Below, in pieces: positions 46,801 through 58,800 of a stretch of DNA of 64,000 bases. This DNA comes from Macrostomum lignano (Eukaryota). The notes under the pieces were generated by a model that was not told the DNA's origin, searched no databases, and worked only from the letters and a program-made list of their open reading frames with translations. The DNA is taken from NCBI GenBank assembly GCA_002269645.1, contig NIVC01003580.1, forward strand, positions 25,983 to 89,982. The letters run 5' to 3'. Made by a program: the position numbers and the translations under genes. How positions within the stretch are numbered: the first letter of the stretch is position 1; each line of letters opens with the position of its first letter.

Positions 46801-49800
46801 AATAGTAGGAAAAAGGTCCCGCTCACCCCGACACCACGGGTACCCGCTGAGGCGGCACATTGTCTCGTCCAGTGATGTAGTTCTCCGGCGGCGTCAGCGT
46901 CTCGGGCTCCTTGTACTGGCTCATGTAGGAGCTGGGCTCGATCTGCTCCATTACGGCCGACTCCTGCACAAGTTGGCAGAGGTTGGCATTTTGTTTTTCT
47001 TCAAATTCTAATAATTGAACGTGCAGTTTCACTGCCTGACAGATTTCCAGACCAAGTCTGTACGCGAACTGAGAGAAAGTACACAATTATGGTATCATGA
47101 CACTTGCAAAATGTAAGAAAAGCTGCAGATTTAACAGCACAAATCTGACCTTTTTGACACGCTTTGGTCTATGCACCCGCTAAAGCCAGGGAACCCTAAC
47201 AAAACCATCGGCCACTCACCTTTTGCGATGACAGAGTTCCAATCTTTTCGATGTCATTTGTGGTCTCGTCCACGCTGGCTGCGTCGCCTGCAAATGCAGC
47301 GGTTGAGTCTAATCAAGATTTCTCCATGTAGAAACCAATAGCTTGGATCAAAGAACAGCAATCTTTGTTTGTTGCTGAAGTGTACAATCAATTTTTAGCA
47401 AATCAGGCTGTGCAAGTTGCGATATTGATTAAATTTTAATGTAAAATAATCACGATAAAATCAAGCCAATTATCTTATCCCTGCTCAACATCGACTGTGC
47501 AGAAAAAAACTTGTTGATGGCTACAGAAAATCAAGCAAAAAACTGTCACCGCAGCGTCATTTCATGCAAATTTAACTCTAAAATCCTGAGTTGTTACACA
47601 CATCAAGTTGTTCAGCTGCAAGCGGCTTAAAGAACTCATCTCTCGACATTAACAAAACTAAAAGTACGCCACGCCACGAAACGGTTTAGGAATTCCACAC
47701 GGAGGCGCACAGCTGCCTCGGGTGTTTCCTTCTCAAACGGAGGTTTGGCAACAATTTGACGAGACACAATAGCAGCAAGCATGGACACCTCAATAAAGAC
47801 CATGCAAATCGTGACGGGCGGGACTAAGTTGATAGGATTCTTGATGCTGATGATGCCGCCACTGCTGGGACTTTACCAGGTCGCGATGATGCAACGGCTG
47901 TCACCACTTGTCGCCTTGTCTCGGAGCCGGCTGACGAGGCCCGACCAACCGCCGGACGCTCCGAGGCGGACTCGTCCGGACGGGAGAATATGGGCGACGC
48001 GGGCAGCTGGGTGAAGTCGTCCGACTGTTGCGCTGGGTTCGATGCGCGACGGGAATTTTTGTGCATAGCGTATTATTTTCGGGAAATCGTGGGGTGGGGT
48101 AACACACAGAGAGCCATTTATGTGTTGCGTAACAGGTTAGCGGTACACAGATTATGTTATTGAAAGATTATCGTAGATGGGTTAGGCACCGAATATTTTG
48201 GAATCTAATTTTAGAAAGGCTTTTTACGAGCGTAGTTACATGGGGAATTAAATATGTACGGGTAATTTGCTTAATTGTTATTTAATTCAAGTGACCCATC
48301 CAATTCGCGTTCATTTCAGCTCAATCGGGAATGTTAAGAGCACCTGGCGCCCGTTGTTAGCTCCTGCCAGCAGCGCTGTTAGCTTGGTTAGCACTCTGCA
48401 AACTGCATCAGCTGGTTGTTTACCGATGAAAGGCACTGGCTCCAATTGATCTTTGTCTTTGGGCGGATTTGGAGTAGAAGGCGGCTGCAGCTTCGGCACA
48501 CTCTGATTCGTTGGAACCTCGTCAGCAACCGGTATCCCATCTTCCTCAGCCTGACCAGCAGCTTCCGCTTCAAATTTAGCGTCAAGTCCGGCAGCTTCGA
48601 CAACTAATTGCTTGTCTACTGGCGGTGCCTGCTGCGGCTGGGTGACAAACACGTCATCCTCATCATCGTTGTCTTCTCCATCCACAGCCGATCCCTCTTC
48701 GGGAATTGTTGGCTGCTGCTGCAGAGCCAAATTGCTGACTGTGGAAGCGTAGAACGGGCTGGTGAGGAGCAGCTCTGTGCTGCCAGCCGGTTGCATGCTC
48801 TCGTCTTCCTGCTGGCTGGGGCCCGTGGCCTCAATCACCGACTCTGCGGTTGGTCGGTCGCGTTTTCGGGAGGTAAAGCCAAATTTGGTTGATGGTTTCT
48901 GCATCAATGTTATTATGTATTTTTAAGAGTGCAGAGCTGGGTTACGTTTGTTTACTTTATATCGCCAAACTCTTGAAATTAATGTTTTTTATTAACCACA
49001 CCATACACGCCAATGACTACTCGTCAGTAGAGCGGAGCACAATGCGCAGTAGGTTATGCATCTATCACAGATTTTAAGTCGATTATTGGTGTGTTAATTA
49101 TTATTATTATTTTGGTTAGATTACTAATTTGTTTGATCGTCAGTGAATTTTAATTATTGTTTTAGCACTAAACTTGATTTCGGCAATTTAAACTGTCCAG
49201 CAGGTGTCAATCATTCCGCATTTTTTTCTAAAAATACGTGTCTATCCTTGATTAGATTTTTAGAGAAAAACAATCATTGCTGGTCGTGTTAAGCTTGCTA
49301 TATTTAGTCAGCGCCAGTTCGAGCTTAAAAGTACCCAGCCTGCCGGTGGTGTACTGCATCTCATCCTTGAGATAGTCGGCGCTGCTGCTCCACTCATTGT
49401 AAGAGTCCGAGCGCATCAGGGTGGTCGCATTGAGCCGACTGCCGTCCTCCAGCACAGAGTCCAGCTGCTGGTGCTCGGGGCGGGAGGCCCAGTCCTTCAG
49501 TCGGGGCCTCGGCATGGTCGCTTCGAAGTTTACAACGGGTGTCGATTCGCAGTTTTACTGACAATTTACTCACACGTGCTACTCTACTCATAGTAGTTTA
49601 TATATGGTTTTCCGAATTCAGGAATAGGAAACTCGAGAGTAAAAAATTTAAATAGCATTCAACCGGATAACCTGTGTGCTGACGATACCGAAGCAATTAA
49701 AACTAGTTTTAATGTAAGAAAAATTCGAAAGCTAAATAAAAATACCGTCTGTCAGGTTTGACGACACTTGACGCTCGCTTTTTAATAAATTTGGGAGCCT

Positions 49801-52800
49801 GGCGACTGCAAAAAACAGATGATTTTAGTGGAGATGCTTGTCTTTGGCCATGGACATGGCCAGTAAAAGCGATGGGGGGACATGACAATTCTTTGTCCTC
49901 CCCACCCCCATCTTGTGACCCGTTGTGGGAAATTATTAATTTTGTTTCACGGCGCTAAAATAGCTCCTGCGGCGCTAAAACGAGTGTTCGCTGCGCTAAA
50001 ATCAGTGCTGACAACACCGATTCTCAAAATAATGTACATGTAGGAATTTCGTCATTTACCTGTACATGTAAAATCTTTTGGCTTTGTTACCCCACCATAA
50101 AATCCATGGCCGACGCCCCAGAAAACAACCTGTGAGAAACTTTCTCAGAGTAAAGAGTAGTGGAGGCAAAAAAGGACACGGAACAGCTGACACGGCTCAT
50201 CGGGAGAAATGATGGACAGGTCTGGTCGGGGTTGGGGTTTTAATAATCCGCAAGCAGCTTTGCCGACCCGGCGGTGAAGGCACGTCGGGATTGAATGCCA
50301 CGCCTTGCTATTCCCGAAATCAGGATTGAACGCAATATAGCGGTGCATCCTCTTTCCCGTATTCCCTATTCTGTCTGGCGGAATGCTCCCCTGGCATTAA
50401 CTATTCCTGTTAGATATTGTAGCGTGAAGAAAATCGTCCAAGATGCCTTTTACCGCAGAGCGCCCTATCAAGACCCTTCCTGATCCTGATTTCAATAACT
50501 CACCGGCTTCGTCATCTGACTCGGACATGACGTGCTCGGCCACGGTGTCCGGCTTGCTGATCTCGATGGTCTCCTCGAGGATGATCTCCTCCTCCCAGTT
50601 TTCGATGATGGTGGTCACGCGACGAAGCAGCTCGAAGATGTTGATGTAGTTTTGCTTCTTGGCGATGTGGGCCGGGGTCCAGTTGCGCTGCATGGAATGG
50701 AGGTTCAGGTTTTGCCAGTTTGGAATCATTCAATGCGTCTTGGCTGGAAAAGAAACCAAGCTAGAAGAAATCTACTACAGAACATTGAAGACAACCCACT
50801 ACTAGAAGAACAGGGAAGACAACCCACTGCTACAAGGACAGGGAAGACAACCCACTGCTACAAGAACAGGGAAGACAACCCACTGCTACAAGAACAGGGA
50901 AGACAACCCACTACTACAAGGATAGGGAAGGCAACCCACTGCTACAAGGATAGGGAAGGCAACCCACTGCTACAAGGACAGGGAAGACAACCCACTGCTA
51001 CAAGAACATCAGACAACCCACTGCTACAAGAACATCAGACAACCCACTGCTACAAGGATAGGGAAGGCAACCCACTGCTACAAGGACAGGGAAGACAACC
51101 CACTGCTACAAGAACAGGGAAGACAACCCACTGCTACAAGGATAGGGAAGGCAACCCACTGCTACAAGGATAGGGAAGGCAACCCACTGCTACAAGGACA
51201 GGGAAGACAACCCACTGCTACAAGAACAGGGAAGACAACCCACTGCTACAAGGATAGGGAAGACAACCCACTGCTACAAGAACAGGGAAGACAACCCACT
51301 GCTACAAGGATAGGATAGGGAAGGCAACCCACTGCTACAAGGACAGGGAAGACAACCTACTACTACAATAACACGGAGAACAACCCACTACAAATTAAAC
51401 TGCTCACGTTATTAGAACAGTAAAAACAAAATGAAGCCAATTCTCCCACAGCATTGAAGATTGAAGCCACAAGACCGGCAAGAAGACCCGGAAAGGGAAA
51501 AAGGCTACCGCTGAAGCTGTTCGACGGGTGAAGGAAGTCCCTCATCCCGTTTAGTTTCTGTTTACAGTGTGCCTGCGTCGTCCCCTCTCTTTATGATGCA
51601 TGCAAAAAAGAAAGTGGGAGACGGTTCAGGATGAGAGTGACAGGGTCGGTAGCAGCATATCGGGAAGGAGATTTTGCTCGCTCGTCCCTTCCTTCAGTTC
51701 AGAAGCAGCCTGATGTCGAGGACAGCTGACTGACTGCCTCGGGAAAAAGAGAAAAAGGCGAGGGTCAGCAGGCAAGGCATTTACATTTTCTAGACTGGAA
51801 AATAGGGAAGCAACAGCAGAGCAACTTCGCCCTGCGTCACGCGGTAATACATTTGGCCTGAAATTTTCGCCTTTCGCCTTGGCCAAGCCAAGGTCTCCTT
51901 TCGCACGGATCGGTTCAGAATACAGCCAGCACACCTGCTGTCTGAAATAGTAGAGTATGGGTCCTAATGTGCTAATTCCCATCCCTCATGGCTATAATGC
52001 TACCCAGAACAGGAACATACTGCGGTGACATGCTTCAGTCAGGCATTAAACTTCAGGACCAAAAGAAAGAGATAAGCGTTGTGAAGCGCGAGCTCACCGA
52101 ATTCCTCAAGTTGGGATCGGCTCCGGCCTCCAGCAGCAGCGAAACCACCTGCAGGTGTCCCTGCTGAGCGGCTACGTGCAGCGGCGTGAACTGCTGCTGG
52201 GTCAGTGCGTTGGCCCCCGCACCCTGGCGCAGCAGGAACTTCACCATTGCCGCCTGTCCGAAGAAGCTCGCGGTGTGCAGGGGCGTGTAGCCAGCCTTGG
52301 TGTGCGGGTCCACCTGCCCTCCGTGCTGCACAACCAGCACCTCTGCTGCTGGCACCCTGTCCTCCTGGGCGGCCAGGTGCAAAGGTGTGATGCCATTGTG
52401 CGATGCCTGGTCGACGCCGGCGCCGCGAGAGCACAGCAGAGCGCACATCTCGGCGCGGCCCTCTTGAGCGGCCAGGTGCAACGGAGCGAAGCCGCTCTTG
52501 GATTCGGCGCGAGGATTGGCGCCAGCAGAGAGCAGCTGACCAGCCAGGTCCAGGTGGTTCTTCCTGGACGCGATGTGCAGCGGAGTGTAGCCATTGCTGG
52601 CTACGCAGTTCGGGTTGGCCTTGGCCTCCAGCAGCGTGGCGGTGACTGCCGTGCGGTTGTAGTGCGCGGCCAGATGCAGCGGCGTCAAGCCATTGCGACC
52701 GCGCGCGTTCGGATCGGCCCCGCGGCTTAGCAGCACTTTAGCGACTCCGGCTTTGTCGTACTTGGCGGCGTTGTGCAACGGCGTGGCGCCTTTCTTTGTG

Positions 52801-55800
52801 GTCAGCTGTAGGCTGGCCTTGTGGTCCAACAGCAGGGTGGCGACCTAGGGGAGAGAAATTTTGATGAAAATAAAAGTAGCATTTGATCCCTGAGTTTAGA
52901 AAGCGAGCGAATTTTCTCACCTCTTCGTGACCTTCCCTGGCAGCCACGTGCAGCGCCGTGTAGTTGTCCTTGCAGGTGGCGTCCGGACTGGCGCCAGACT
53001 GAAGCAGCAGCGCCACGATCTCCGCGTTGCCCAGCCGGCTGGCTACATGCAGCGGCGTCTGGTTATCCTTAGCCCGAGCGTCCGGCTGGGCGCCGCAGCG
53101 CAGAAGCGCACGTGACGCTTCCAGCTGACCGCTGCGCACGGACAGATGAAGCGGCGTCTCCGTCCGCACGGTGAGGCTGTTTACGTTCGCTCCGTGCTGC
53201 AGCAGAAGCAACGCGACGCTGTTGTGCCCCATGAAGGCGGCCACGTGCAGCGGCGTCAGCCCGGACTCCGTAGCCGCCTCTACAGCGCAGCCGAACTGCA
53301 GCAGCAGCTCGATGACCCGGATGCGATTCTTCTTGCACGCTATGTGCAGCGGCGTGAAGCCGTTCAGAGCCCGGGCGTTGACCATGCAGCGGTGGTCCAG
53401 CAGCAGCTTGGCCACGCGGGTGTAGCCGCAGTGGGCGGCAACATGCAGCGGCGTCAGCAGGTCGATGGTGGTGTCGTCTAAGTTGGCTCCCCGGGTCAGC
53501 AGCAGCCGGGCGCAGTCAACGTGGTCGCCCTGAGTGGCCATGTGCAGAGGGCTCAGGCCGCTGCGCGACTTCAGCCCGAAGCTGGCGTTACTGCCCAGCA
53601 GCTGGTCGACCACGGCGTACTGGCCGGAGCGGGATGCGCAGTGCAGCGGCGTGAGGCCGTCCCGGGTTTTGCAGTCGACCTCGGCGCCGTGTTCCAGCAG
53701 CTTCTGCACCACCGGAAGCATGCCCCACTTGGCGGCCACGTGCAGCGGTGTGATGTTGTTCCGAGCCTTGGAGTTCGAGCAATTGAATGCTTGTTTAGCC
53801 ATATAAATAAAATCTGCATTCGTTGTGCGCGACACCTTCGGTCACTTGGTGCCCACAGTTCTCACCACACTCTCCCGGGGTGTACAGAGTTCCTTTGCTG
53901 TCTAGTTTTCAGGAAAGTACACAATAGCCGTGCCTCAAGGAGTCGGCCCTCGTAGTCGTTAAATGAGCTAGAAAAACCCAATGTTACTACTCTAAAAGTT
54001 TGGACTTTCTATTGTGTGGACACACCTGGAATCAATCACGAAGTCCCGTGCTGTGAAGCTAGGAACTAGCAGTCAAGAGTCAAAAGTTTATAAAACTAAT
54101 GTAAGTAGAATCCGTCTCTTTTATATATGATCGGACTCCTTGCCCTCGAACTTCAAGAGTCTTGAAGTGTCTTTCTAATAACACGGGCCCGGGTCCTCCT
54201 CCACACGTTAACGATGCGAAGCAGCTCTGCCCACAAGCTTGGCCTAAGTCAACGCTTAGTAGCTCCTAGCACAGCCATCACTAAGCTAACATTTGACAAG
54301 ATGGATCGGATGCGCAAGCTACAGATTTGTTCATGTAATCGCGCCAACATTGGCGTCATGAAGAAGCCTCAAGTTTGCAGCAAGGCCGAACACTGCCAAC
54401 CTGAAGGCTAGTGCCTACTGCAACAGAATGAAGCCAATTCTTGCGTGATCAAACTGCTCGCAACAGATACAAGTGACGTGATTGAGCCTTCAACCTCAAT
54501 GCACCTGAGCATATTAGGTTTGGAAAACCTCAGAACTCATGCCACTTGAGGCTGTCAGTCAGATCAACTTCCTCGCTCACCTGGAAATTCACATCGGCGC
54601 CCTTCTCGATGAGCAGAGCAGCCACGCCCAGCGAACCGTAGTGCGCGGCTATGTGCAGCGCGGTGAAGCCGCTGCCAGCCTGATGGTTCGGGTTGCTGTC
54701 CGACGTCAGAAGCAGCGTTGCTGAACGGACGTCGTCCTTCTTGGCAGCCACGTGTAGAGCCGGCATGCGAGAGCGGCCGCGACTGTCGTTCTCCAACAGG
54801 ATGGCGACGACCTTCTCGTGGCCCTGCTGCAGCGCCACAGCCAGTGGCGTGAATCCGTCGGTGGTGGCCAGAGTTTGCGAGGCGCCCGAGGCCAGGAGAA
54901 ACTTCACAACGTCGACGTGGTTCTCCTGGGAGGCCATGTACAGCGGAGTGAATCCGTTCTGCGACTGGCAGTTCACCTTGGCGTCCTTTTCGATTAGCAG
55001 TTTCACCACCTCGAGCTGGCCGGCCAGGCAGGCGATGTGCAGCGCCGTGTTGCCCTTCTTAGTGCACGCATCCGGGTCGGCATTGCGCATCAGCAGCTCG
55101 CGCACGACAGCGGTGTGACCCTCCTTCGAGGCCAGGTGTAGCGCATTGAGACCGTTCTGATGGAGATCGGGGAGTGGGCTCTCGTCATAAAGATTGATGC
55201 CGATTGCATGCAGCGAAATATTGAAACAATACTTGTGTTTACCCCATGTAACGCTAGAATGAGTGTAGGTGCTTGAATTTCGGAAGGCGAAGCACCTGAA
55301 TCAATGTTTGCTTTTAGATAGGGGAAGAGAGAGGTTGAGAACAAATGCAGATGCAGAAAGAAATTGAGAAATATTTTGTCAGCCCAGCTTCCCGAACTCG
55401 GGTCTCGGGCTAATCTCGGGCCAGGGATAAATATAAATCAGATCCCAGTAGCAGGTTGCGGCCGACCGAGCAAGCGGAAGAAGCTGGACACTGATGGAGA
55501 GCCGAGCTCTCTCTGAGAGTAGCCCGGTGTGGAAAGGGACGAATGTACTTTCCTGACTGAGATTTATGAAAGGCAAACACGCCTGTTAATTAAATGTAAC
55601 ACCCCGCATGCAGCGGCCGCAGTGACAAGTTTTTTTGGGCCGCTGGCTGCGTGGGATGATGAAGAAGCTATTATCGATCTTTTGGTCTTTCTGCTGCTAC
55701 TGACATAACGCATCTTCTGCTTCTGGCTGAAAGACTCGCACAGAGTTGCTCCTCTGCTGCGGCTCCTGGCTACTCTGTAGTGAACCCTTAGCTTTCAGCT

Positions 55801-58800
55801 CGCAACCAGAATCTGGCTAATTCCTTTAGATCGGGAGAGATCCGAGTTAAAACTGCTGGCTTAGCTGATAAATCAGTTTTTGTTTGAGCTCTCCTGCCAG
55901 CTCATTAAGGCTGCCAGGTCTGAAGGCTGAAGTGAAAGGCACAAAGGCACGGGCTCTGAGGTGTGTCACTCTCGAGTTGCGTCACTCTCGAGTTGCGTCA
56001 CTCTCAATTTGTGTTACTCTCGAGTTGCGTCACTCTCGAGTTGCGTCACTCTCAATTTGTGTTACTCTCGAGTTGCGTCACTCTCGAGTTGCGTCACTCT
56101 CAATTTGTGTTACTCTCGAGTTGCGTCACTCTCGAGTTGCGTCACTCTCAATTTGTGTTACTCTCGAGTTGCGTCACTCTCGAGTTGCGTCACTCTCAAT
56201 TTGTGTTACTCTCGAGTTGCGTCACTCTCGAGTTGCGTCACTCTCAATTTGTGTTACTCTCGAGTTGCGTCACTGACTCTCAAATGTGTCACACACTCAA
56301 CGATGTGTCACTTTTGGTGTGTAAGCTATGCGATGCACCACCGTCTCTCGCCAGAGCCTGCACCGCGCCGTCGCCCCGGTCAAGGAACTCACGGTCTCGT
56401 CGTAAAAGTACAGAAATCGCTCCATCTCGGGCGACAGCGTGAACCGGGCCTGCTTTGCGGCGCCGCCAGCCATGCGGCCGCTGCCTGTCACTGGGGCGTC
56501 CCCCAATCTTGCTGGAGATTATCCAGTCCGCTCTAATCCGCCGCGCAGTTCATTGATGCTACAGGCAGGCGCCGCGTCCTCCTTCCTCGCCAGTTGGAGC
56601 AGCCCCGGTCGCGGGCTGCTGAGCACGGACTCAAGGCGAGCCCGGCTATGGACTTAGCGGCGTCTGATTGGCTGGGCGGAGCTGCGGCGAGTTGCAGACC
56701 GGCATGGAGCCGCGAACAGCATCCCGGAACTGCTCATCTGTCACATTCCAGCTTCACCTACGCCTCATCCAAGCAGCCGAGCTTGAGCCATGAGCATGAT
56801 GCTCTTTTCGGTGTCTGGGCAAAAATAATTGCTCTATCCAGCGAATCTCTATTGGCGAGGCGAGGCGTTCGCATAAAAATGGATTTCGGTGTTCTCAAAC
56901 TCGGGCTCCAGTTGGCGAATATTCCCAAATATTCCCAAATTAGGGAATAAAATCCCCCCGATCCCTGGGATTTCTATTAAAGCAAGATTTTTACTCATCC
57001 TGAATTGAACCTTTGGGACGCGGGCTTTCGAAAACTTTCTTGTCTGGCTTGGAATTTACGAGCATGCGTGTAGAGCTGAGTCAGGGAGAGATGCAAATTC
57101 CTGTGCAAGCCTCCGTGTCACGAGTGGGAGCGGCTCCTCCGCGGCTCTAATTGGGGATTCGCTTGGCTGATAGAGAGAAGACGGTGGAGACAGAAGGGAT
57201 ACTGACTGACACAAAATTAGTGACTTTATGAGCTAGATAATGTGAGAGAGCTCATCAATGACTTCGTGAGTGAGTTCATGAGCTAATGAGTGAGTTCATG
57301 AGTTCATTAGTGAGTTCATGAGCTCATGAGTGAGTTCATGAGTTCATGAGTGTCAGACACTGAATATTCCGGTGTCCCAAACCGCCGCCGGCAAGTGAGA
57401 GCAAGAGGCGGGGCCGCACCTCAACCCTCGGTCCTCCGCCGCCTCCCTCAGCCTCTCGAACTCCAACTCGGCTCCAAAATAAGGCCAATTTTCGACTTCC
57501 GCACAGGGCCTGCCGGAGCATTGATCCGTCAATGGCCGAGGCAAAGGGGCGAGGCGGGAAAAGCCGGGGAGAAAAATCTCCCTTCCCTGCTGCACCTCGC
57601 GAATCCCAGGATAGCAATTTTCACCTCCCACGCTATCGGGTTGTGCTTAGGCCGGTTCTTTCTGTTGAATTTTCTCCTTCGAGCAAGCGAGAAATTTTCC
57701 TTCTTATCTTCATCCGCTGGGGAAGCACCGGTGTCCGGAGGGGGAGAAATGGAACTCAAGTGGAAATCCCTCCAGGGCTGGGGGTAGGGTTGGGAAATTT
57801 TTGCAAGCGGAGGTCTCGTTTGAGCAGTGAGAGCGGTCGGTGGTGGCCGCTCGGGCCAGAGCCGCTATCAAGCGGCCATCAACGCATGACCGGCTGTTTT
57901 GATATTATTGAATTAATTGTAGCACGCCGGCAGGCGACACACTCAAAATTGTCGGAATTCGTCAACGTCGAAAGCGCGACCTTGAGGCGATAAAATTATT
58001 AGCGGAGCACTTTTACACGGAGCCCGCGGCCCGCTGGTCGCGAAGCAGATTTCCCAGGAGACTTCCCTGGCAGCAACAGCTGCTGAGCTGTGGCAACTGG
58101 CAGCTCCACTGCTCTCCAATGCTTCGATTAGATGCTCTATGCTAGAATCTGATCTAGTCACTCCTTATCACCCTGCTCTAGTCACTCCTTATCACCCTGC
58201 TCTAGTCACTCCTTATCACCCTGCTGTATTCACTCCTTATCACCCTGCTCTAGTCACTCTTTATCACCAACCCTGCTCTAGACACTCTTTACACCCTGCT
58301 CTAGTCACTCTCTAGCACCCTGCTCTAGTCACTCCTTATCAACCTGCTCTAGTCACTCTTTATCACGCTCTAGTCACTCTTTATCACCCTGCTCTAGTCA
58401 CTCTTTATCGCCCTGCTCTAGTCACTCTTTATCAACCTGCTCTAGTCACTCTTTATCGTCCTACTCTAGTCACTCTTTATCACCCTGCTCTAGTCACTGT
58501 TTATCAACCTGCTCTAGTCACTGTTTATCAACCTGCTCTAGTCACTCTTTATCACCCTGTTCTAGTCACTCTTTATCGTCCTACTCTAGTCACTCTTTAT
58601 CACCCTGCTCTAGTCACTGTTTATCAACCTGCTCTAGTCACTCTTTATCACCCTGCTCTAGTCACTGTTTATCAACCTGCTCTAGTCACTCTTTATCACC
58701 CTGTTCTAGTCACTCCTTATCAACCTGCTCTAGTCACTCCTTATCACCCTGCTCTAGTCACTCCTAACTCCCTCTCTGCGCATACCGTCAGTCCCAGCCC

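Noticed and set aside
52039-55118. Many overlapping ORFs around the ANK-repeat exons
   Set aside because: GC-rich codon shadow frames of ankyrin exons.
57336-57993. GC-rich ORFs in ankyrin intron 2 as an extra gene or exon
   Set aside because: No recognisable domain and no convincing in-phase splice pair.
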